Assembly (NCBI RefSeq): GCF_006345805.1
Contig: NW_021830021.1
Coordinates: forward strand, 1 to 5,508
Length of the DNA stretch: 5,508 bases
DNA from: Octopus sinensis
Taxonomy: Eukaryota
Reading direction: 5' to 3'
In this document: positions 1 to 5,508 of the stretch, piece after piece
How the letters are laid out: every line of letters starts with the position of its first letter
How positions within the stretch are numbered: position 1 is the first letter of the stretch
Notes under the pieces: model-generated
Seen by the model: the letters and a program-made list of their open reading frames with translations, nothing else
What the model was told of the DNA's origin: nothing
Databases searched by the model: none
Translations under genes and position numbers: made by a program

Positions 1-801
1 ATTACTGAAAACAACTTGATTGCAATATACGACAGGAAAAATAAAAAACATAAGAAATTCATATTTGATGGTCATCTTTTGGATTCTATCAAATTGAATG
101 TCTCTCCCATCAATATGTGTCGATGGCAGTCAAACCAACTGGTTATTACAACTGGTGATGGTGACAACCAAATGTTGACATTAAAAGTTGAATTTCAATT
201 GTCATTGGTGATTTAGCAGACAAAAAATAAATATCATTGTATTGCTTCTTTGTCGGATGGTCTACTAGTATATAATTGGGATGGAGATGAACGTACTTTG
301 TATGTCATTGATTTTGATGAAATCCATTCGACTGTGAGTATAATGAAGCAAATAGACATACCCGAGACATTATTGATGAGAGGTGGTGAGGTTATTGATT
401 ATGTTGAAGGCATATGCAATATTACAGTGACTGTTAATGATGTCATCCTCGTTAGCAACAACAAATTTATCAATTTCCTCAGTAGTGGTGGTCAGTATTT
501 ACATTCAGTTAGACACTACATGAAGTATATCAGTATTCATAGCAACATAACAGTTGATGAGAAAAGATATCATCTCTATGGTATATTTAACAACATGGTG
601 TGTTTCACACAGACTGGTGACCACAGCAAAATATATTTAAATGAAAGAATTTGTGTATGTAAAGTGGGCTTTAGCTGTATAAACAGTAAAGGGCCGAGAT
701 TTATTGGAAGTCACAGAAATAAATTGTATGTTGAAGGTTTGTTTCAGCTTAATCGGGAGAGATTCGCTGTTTGTCGGTTACAAATCCAGTTTCTTCTCTG
801 A
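1..801 (+). pseudogene. 5'-truncated beta-propeller (NHL-like, TRIM/B-box C-terminal type) coding frame with one in-frame TAG; pseudogene, null allele or base error
   Basis: Frame 1 is open from base 1 to TGA 799-801 except TAG 214-216: ITENNLIAIYDRKNKKHKKFIFDGHLLDSIKLNVSPINMCRWQSNQLVITT...SLVI*QTKNKYHCIASLSDGLLVY... Blade-like segments (LIAIYD..NKK.K.F..DG.LL.SI; ITVTVNDVILVS..KFINFLSSGGQYL; ITVDEK) resemble NHL/six-bladed propeller repeats. The family call is pattern recognition, not a search. Confidence 0.65.
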
Positions 802-1014
802 AATTTGCTTCCACAATTCATTTTACAGAAATAAGAGAAATGGTTAGAACGAGCTGTAGCTACTTATACATATGTAGTGCTTTGAGTTAATTTCATCACA
901 TGGCTTTGCTAAGTCAATTGATGTGTTTTCCGTTTGACTTAAAACTTTTCCGCGTCTACACAGACACCACACGAAAACAATAGGTGTCACAGTGATATAC
1001 CTCTTTTTCTACAG

Positions 1015-1218
1015 TCGGCCGAAATGAAGAAGTGACAATGCCACCTTCACATTCTGTATTGTCAGCATCGAGCATCGGCAGAGAGACGTTATTAGAATAC
1101 ATCAACCACAACGATACAACTGGTTACCCACAACGTGATTCGAACACAACAACCCTGCCACAATTGCTGACCCCCGAGCCACAGAACTGCAGTCTCGTTA
1201 CCTTATCCATTACATTTG
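1015..1218 (+). CDS. Candidate internal coding exon (204 bp, phase 1-1), Ser/Thr-rich with three N-glycosylation sequons
   Basis: Acceptor CTCTTTTTCTACAG ends at 1014 and donor TTG|GTGAGC starts at 1219. Stop-free frame GRNEEVTMPPSHSVLSASSIGRETLLEYINHNDTTGYPQRDSNTTTLPQLLTPEPQNCSLVTLSITF, with sequons NDT, NTT and NCS. No recognisable homology. Confidence 0.35.
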
Positions 1219-1505
1219 GTGAGCTCGACTTCAAGACTTACTGCTTCAGCATCGCATGAACTCTTGAAAACAATTACAGTCCGTGCCAGTCGCATCAACA
1301 AGAATTATAGGACACGAACTTTCACGACGCATAGTTTTCAGTTCCATCGTCACACACCAAACAACACGAAAGGAATGAAGTCACCGACTCAATGGACACA
1401 CACCAATTACATTCCACATGTACTGCATCCCGATGCACAGATCCACGAGGGAAACAGTTGCCATACATAAATGCAACACTTAGGACAGCTACCCAACCAA
1501 GAGAA

Positions 1506-1527
1506 CTAACCTTTTCTCACTTTTCAG
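1506..1527 (+). promoter_or_regulatory. Candidate 3' splice site (branch point + polypyrimidine tract + CAG)
   Basis: CTAAC (1506-1510), then CTTTTCTCACTTTT, then CAG (1525-1527). An AATAAA lies downstream at 1842-1847. Confidence 0.3.
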
Positions 1528-1986
1528 CATAGACTTTTCACACAGAACATTACCAATCGGATTTTGTCACTTTTCGTTACACATTTTGTACTGTTCGTTC
1601 CTTTTGCTGCACAACACAATGTTTACACATGCATATATATGCATGCTTGCACCCAGTTTCTGTGCACCTCTATAGACTATTAACTTTTTTTTTCCTTTGA
1701 ATGCAACTCTTTTCTCATGAGAAGAATATCTCCTCCTCATTTTATAACTCTCCCATCTTTTTCTTACCATTTCACCATCGTCACATCAACAGAGACATTA
1801 AGGCTGCACAGTAGCAGTCGACAAGGCATGTATAACGATTCAATAAAAAAAATTTTGTCTATATCTTCGATCACTGTCATTATTCCATTGAGTCAACCTC
1901 ATTGTTTTCTACATAGCAGACCGTTACATAAACAGGCAAAGGTAATCTTTCGTTTTAACTCGAAATAATGTAAACACTGAATCGGC

Positions 1987-2107
1987 CATACATACATACA
2001 TACATACATACACACACACACATACATACACACACATACATACACGTACATACACACACACACATACATAGATACATACACACACATACATACATATACA
2101 CATACAC
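1987..2107. repeat. Compound (CATA)n/(CA)n microsatellite
   Basis: Directly visible catacatacatac...cacacacatac run of about 120 bp. Confidence 0.97.
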
Positions 2108-2116
2108 CGAGTAAAA

Positions 2117-2676
2117 AATTTCAGTTATCTCTTTCTTTCACACATTACTCTCTCTGTCTCTTCGCACACACTAACAGAAGCACTTCACTTACACAACATA
2201 CTGTCTGTCTCCCACACTCCATCAAACATACACACGGGGACTTCAAAGAGAAACTTCCTCGTCATAAAATCGCTTCCTCTTAGTCTCTTTCGCTCTCATT
2301 ACTTATGTAAAAAAATAAAAGTTTTTTACGGAAATCGACGGAAACTTGTGCTACGACAACCGAAACATCGCCAATTTCAGTTATCTCTCTCTTTCACACA
2401 TTACTCTCTCTGTCTCTTCACACACTAACAGAAGCACTTCACTTACACAACATACTTTCTGTCTCCCACACCCCATCAAACACACACACACACTCATGTA
2501 CATCAATGCTTGCCATGCACGGTAACTTCAAAAGAACTTCCCTCGTCATACAATCGCTTTCTCTTAGTCTCTTTCGCTTTCATTACTTCAAAAGTTACCG
2601 CAAGCCCATATGTAACAAAATAAAAATTTTTTTTACGGAAATCGACGGAAAGGTCTACTAGAAACGAAAGATTGCC
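2117..2676 (+). repeat. Diverged two-copy direct tandem duplication (2117-2372, 256 bp; 2373-2676, 304 bp), probably part of an older interspersed repeat
   Basis: Both copies begin AATTTCAGTTATCTCT.TCTTTCACACATTACTCTCT, share CACACTAACAGAAGCACTTCACTTACACAACATACT and TTTTTTACGGAAATCGACGGAAA, and end ...AT(C/T)GCC|AATT. Copy 2 has two extra blocks (about 2490-2517 and 2589-2609). Confidence 0.92.
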
Positions 2677-2904
2677 AATTACGGTAACCTCGAAATATTT
2701 CACTTAATTCTCTTATTTACACATATTATTACCACCTTAAAGCAAATCTTTGTTTCCTCACCGTATTCCCATACAAAAAAATGAATCAGTGTGTTTTCAG
2801 AAATAATCGGTTCTTAAATTGGAGCTTTTGATGTCAACGTTTGACTCGATTCTTATCTTTAGACATAAATTCGTAAAAGAAATACCCGTACATTCACATA
2901 TATA

Positions 2905-3412
2905 TCTATATATATAAAACTGTAGTTGTGTGAGTGTCTGTCTCCTACGATTTAGATTCCTAACTCCTCCCACATTTTGCGGTGCAGTTTAACCAAATTC
3001 GGGTATCTTATAGTCGTGATTCATATCGAGCCCGTCTGACTATTAGCGCGCGTCAACGATGAGTCTACGATTTTAAAAATAATTCATCATTTTTTATTCC
3101 ATTTTATGCATAATTTTTCGTGTGTCGATGGCGGCGGAGTTGGCGTCCATGGTCACACCTGCACCTGTTTGCTTCACCCCCTTCTTCCTCCCTCGTGAAG
3201 CTGTGGGGAAGGGAGTTTAAGGAAATCAACGTCGTAAAGCGTTGTCAAGGAGACCAGCGTTCTTTTAGAACAACGACTTCATGGCTTGAAGACACCAAAA
3301 CAGAAATGGCTAAGAAAGCCCGAATTGGCATCTATAAGGGAAGTAACTCTCTAAAAATGCTTATATAGTTATTTCCCTTACAAACCCGAGCAACGCCGGG
3401 CGATACTGCTAG
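2905..3412 (+). mobile_element. Non-autonomous Helitron (508 bp), element A
   Basis: 5' A|TCTATATATATAAAACTGTAGTTGTGTGAGTGTCTGTC. 3' hairpin CCCGAGCAACGCCGGG (3385-3400), 8-nt spacer, CTAG (3409-3412)|T. Inserted between A and T without a target duplication: the canonical Helitron signature. Confidence 0.88.
3385..3412 (+). other. Helitron A 3' terminal hairpin + CTAG (rolling-circle termination signal)
   Basis: CCCG/CGGG and GC/GC stem, AAC loop, one bulged A; CTAG 8 nt downstream. Confidence 0.88.
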
Positions 3413-3491
3413 TGGTTATATAATTTTAAGTTATCTTTTTTCTTTTGCATTATTACTTCTTAATGAAATGGGTTTTCGAGACGGAAAGAGT

Positions 3492-3494
<3 letters not shown>

Positions 3495-3564
<70 letters not shown>

Positions 3565-3582
3565 TGTGTGTGTGTGTGTGTG
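3495..3582. repeat. Compound (AG)n-(TG)n microsatellite
   Basis: (AG)27 at 3495-3548, AA, (AG)7 at 3551-3564, (TG)9 at 3565-3582. Confidence 0.98.
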
Positions 3583-3652
3583 TTTGTGACAATCGAATGT
3601 GTTACTTTCTCCCGCCAATTTTCTCTTCCCTTTATTTTACATTTTCAAGGTA

Positions 3653-4301
3653 TCTCTCTCTATACATAAACGGCAGTTTGTCTGTCTGTGTGTCTGTCAT
3701 GTTGTACCCTCACCCTGACCACGGCTTTCAACGATTCTGATGAAACTTGACACACACATAGCCCATTGTCATAATTCAAAACTAACGAGGAAATTTTTTA
3801 AAGTTCCCCCAGTTCTCTCTCTATACAAAACGGCAGTTTGTCTGTCTGTGTGTCTGTCATGTGTGTACCCTCACCCTGACCACGGCTTTCAACCGATTCT
3901 GATGAAACTTGACACACACATAGCCCATTGTCATAATTCAAAACTAACGCAGGGAAAATTTTTTAAAGTTCCCCCAGTTCTCTCTCTATACATAAACGGC
4001 AGTTTGTCTGTCTGTGTGTCTGTCATGTTGTACCCTCACCTGACCACGGCTTTCAACCGATTCTGATGAAACTTGACACACACATACCATTGTCATAATC
4101 AAAACTAACGCAGGAAAATTTTTTAAAGTTCCCCCAGTTCTCTCTCTATACATAAACGGCAGTTGTCTGTCTGTGTGTCTGTCATGTTGTACCCTCACCC
4201 TGACCACGGCTTTCAACCGATTCTGATGAAACTTGACACACACATAGCCCATTGTCATAATTCAAAACTAACGCAGGAAAATTTTTTAAAGTTCCCCCAG
4301 T
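3653..4301 (+). repeat. Four-copy head-to-tail tandem repeat, consensus unit 164 bp
   Basis: Copies 3653-3813 (161), 3814-3978 (165), 3979-4138 (160) and 4139-4301 (163). Each runs TCTCTCTCTATAC...AAAGTTCCCCCAGT. Confidence 0.98.
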
Positions 4302-5265
4302 TCTGAAAAAAATCGATAAATTCGACATGGGGTCGAGAATCTAAGCTTTTTATATGCAACACATTTTCTGTTGTAGTTTTCGCAACTTGCAATCGATTTT
4401 CACCAAACTCATGGTGAAGCTTAATGTTACCCTAAGAAACTCAATTCTGACGTTAGTTTCCATGCAATACCTTACCATCAGAAAAATCGATAAAATCATG
4501 CTATTTTGGGAAATCGCGCTCAAATTCAAGATGACATATTTTCGACAATATCCTTTCACAAAATGGCAGGAATTTTTTTAAAATTCACAGCGAGCATCAT
4601 GTCTGCTCCAAGGAGCTATATGGCCCTTTTTATTTCAATAGGATACATTATTACTGGAAAAAATCGGTTAATTAAATCATATGTGGCACACATAGCAAAC
4701 CGATTTGTGTATTAAACACAAAACCGCAGACTGTCTAGGGGACGCAACTCGACCTTTTTAACTCTCTGAACACGTGGGGTAAGTATCTCAAAATGTATAA
4801 AAATGTACAAAAACGGCAAAAAAGCTAGCAGCAATTTGAGTGACAACAACGAAAAAGTCAAAAGGGACCAAACTGAACAAACGAATGGAAAAGGTTTTTT
4901 CGTGCACACGACAAAAGCGGTTTATAATAAACCAAGAGTTTGCAAGTAGCGTCCAAGGACCCTTAGGGTACATCAAAAATTTAAGGTAAAACGTTTGGGG
5001 TGGTAGTTATAAAGAAAGTGTAAACAAAAAAAGTATTCGAATAACTTGCGGCTGCAGCAGCTATTAGCAGAAGTGGCGGTGTTGGGGGTAAAGTCTCGAA
5101 TGTAATTTCTTCCTAGTAGGAATTGGTTGGGTTGAATTATCGATAGCTGTTTGATAGTTATTTGGGAGTGAAGAGAAGACATTACAACCTACACATGCGC
5201 CTTAGTTCCCTAGAGGGAAAGGACTAGATTGGGATTAGTCGTTGCCTACTAGGGGCTCTTACATA

Positions 5266-5293
5266 CCCGGGCAACGCCGGGCTATGCTGCTAG
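5266..5293 (+). other. Helitron B 3' terminal hairpin + CTAG
   Basis: CCCGG/CCGGG stem around GCAACG; CTAG 8 nt downstream, followed by T. Confidence 0.88.
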
Positions 5294-5391
5294 TCCCACT
5301 ATATTCATCATATATTTTCAAAAGTTGTTTTATTTTAAATGTCGTTATTGTTGTTGTTTATCGTTTTTGTATTGTTGTTGTTGTTCTGCAG

Positions 5392-5435
5392 GAGCAGAGA
5401 ATGTTATTTCAAACAGGTCAAACGATTCCATGAAG
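5392..5435 (+). CDS. Candidate 44-bp exon
   Basis: A T-rich (GTT)n tract ends TTCTGCAG at 5391; donor AAG|GTATTT at 5436. Phase-1 reading gives (G)AENVISNRSNDSMK. Phase 2 is also open; phase 0 hits TGA. Confidence 0.3.
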
Positions 5436-5508
5436 GTATTTCATTTGTTGGTAAAATAAAAGAAATTACATTTCATGACTTCAAATACGAGAATAATTAA
5501 AAAAACAA

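Larger units (their letters stand above)
3653..5293 (+). mobile_element. Non-autonomous Helitron (1641 bp), element B, with tandemly amplified 5' terminus
   Basis: 5' A|TCTCTCTCTATACATAAACGGCAGTTTGTCTGTCTGTGTGTCTGTC with a GTCT microrepeat and an AACCGATTCTGATGAAACTTG motif, an organisation like Lep1-type animal non-autonomous Helitrons. 3' hairpin CCCGGGCAACGCCGGG (5266-5281), 8 nt, CTAG (5290-5293)|T. The empty site would read AAGGTA|TCCCAC. Confidence 0.88.

Noticed and set aside
16-801. Two separate genes (66 aa and 183 aa)
   Set aside because: Same frame, both with TTG pseudo-starts, separated only by one stop codon; better explained as one interrupted frame.
1216-1968. ORFs 1216..1470, 1567..1770 and 1717..1968
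   Set aside because: Short, with no recognisable domain; consistent with chance ORFs in intronic or UTR DNA.
1899-2087. Cys/Val/Tyr/Met-rich minus-strand ORF
   Set aside because: Artefact of the (CATA/CA)n microsatellite.
3129-3180. tRNA-derived SINE (A-box-like GGCGGAGTTGG) inside Helitron A
   Set aside because: No GTTCRA B-box at a suitable distance and no cloverleaf.
3385-3412. Rho-independent terminator reading of the GC hairpins (also 5266-5293)
   Set aside because: No U-tract. The fixed 8-nt spacing to CTAG|T in both copies fits Helitron ends.
3468-4258. ORFs 3468..3740, 3740..4066 and 3986..4258 as genes
   Set aside because: They are translations of the (AG)/(TG) microsatellite and tandem units. 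The unit length is not a multiple of 3 and the frames shift with indels.
3653-4301. CRISPR-like array
   Set aside because: The units are contiguous 164-bp copies with no unique spacers, there are no cas genes, and the context is eukaryotic.
4302-5293. RepHel remnant or captured gene inside Helitron B
   Set aside because: Only short ORFs (75 aa or less), with no HUH/Y2 or PIF1 helicase motifs recognisable in the supplied translations.

Overview
AT-rich, microsatellite-laden eukaryotic DNA, most likely an invertebrate (mollusc/cephalopod-like is an inference). (1) Bases 1-801 are the 3' part of a beta-propeller (NHL/TRIM-like) reading frame. The listed ORFs 16..216 and 250..801 are one frame broken by a single TAG. 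(2) Bases 1015-1218 and 5392-5435 are two candidate spliced + strand exons with compatible phase, encoding Ser/Thr- and N-glycosylation-sequon-rich peptide. (3) A (CATA/CA)n microsatellite is followed by a diverged ~256/304-bp direct duplication. (4) The best-supported features are two apparently complete non-autonomous Helitrons (rolling-circle transposons) in the same orientation, 240 bp apart: 2905-3412 and 3653-5293. Each has a 5' TC, a 3' GC-rich hairpin + 8 nt + CTAG and an A|T target. Their last 36 bp are 32/36 identical while the interiors differ. The second carries four head-to-tail copies of its own first 164 bp, starting exactly at the terminal TC and differing only by small indels. 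No RepHel gene is visible. I cannot support a wholly new system; the 5'-terminus array is the most unusual structure.
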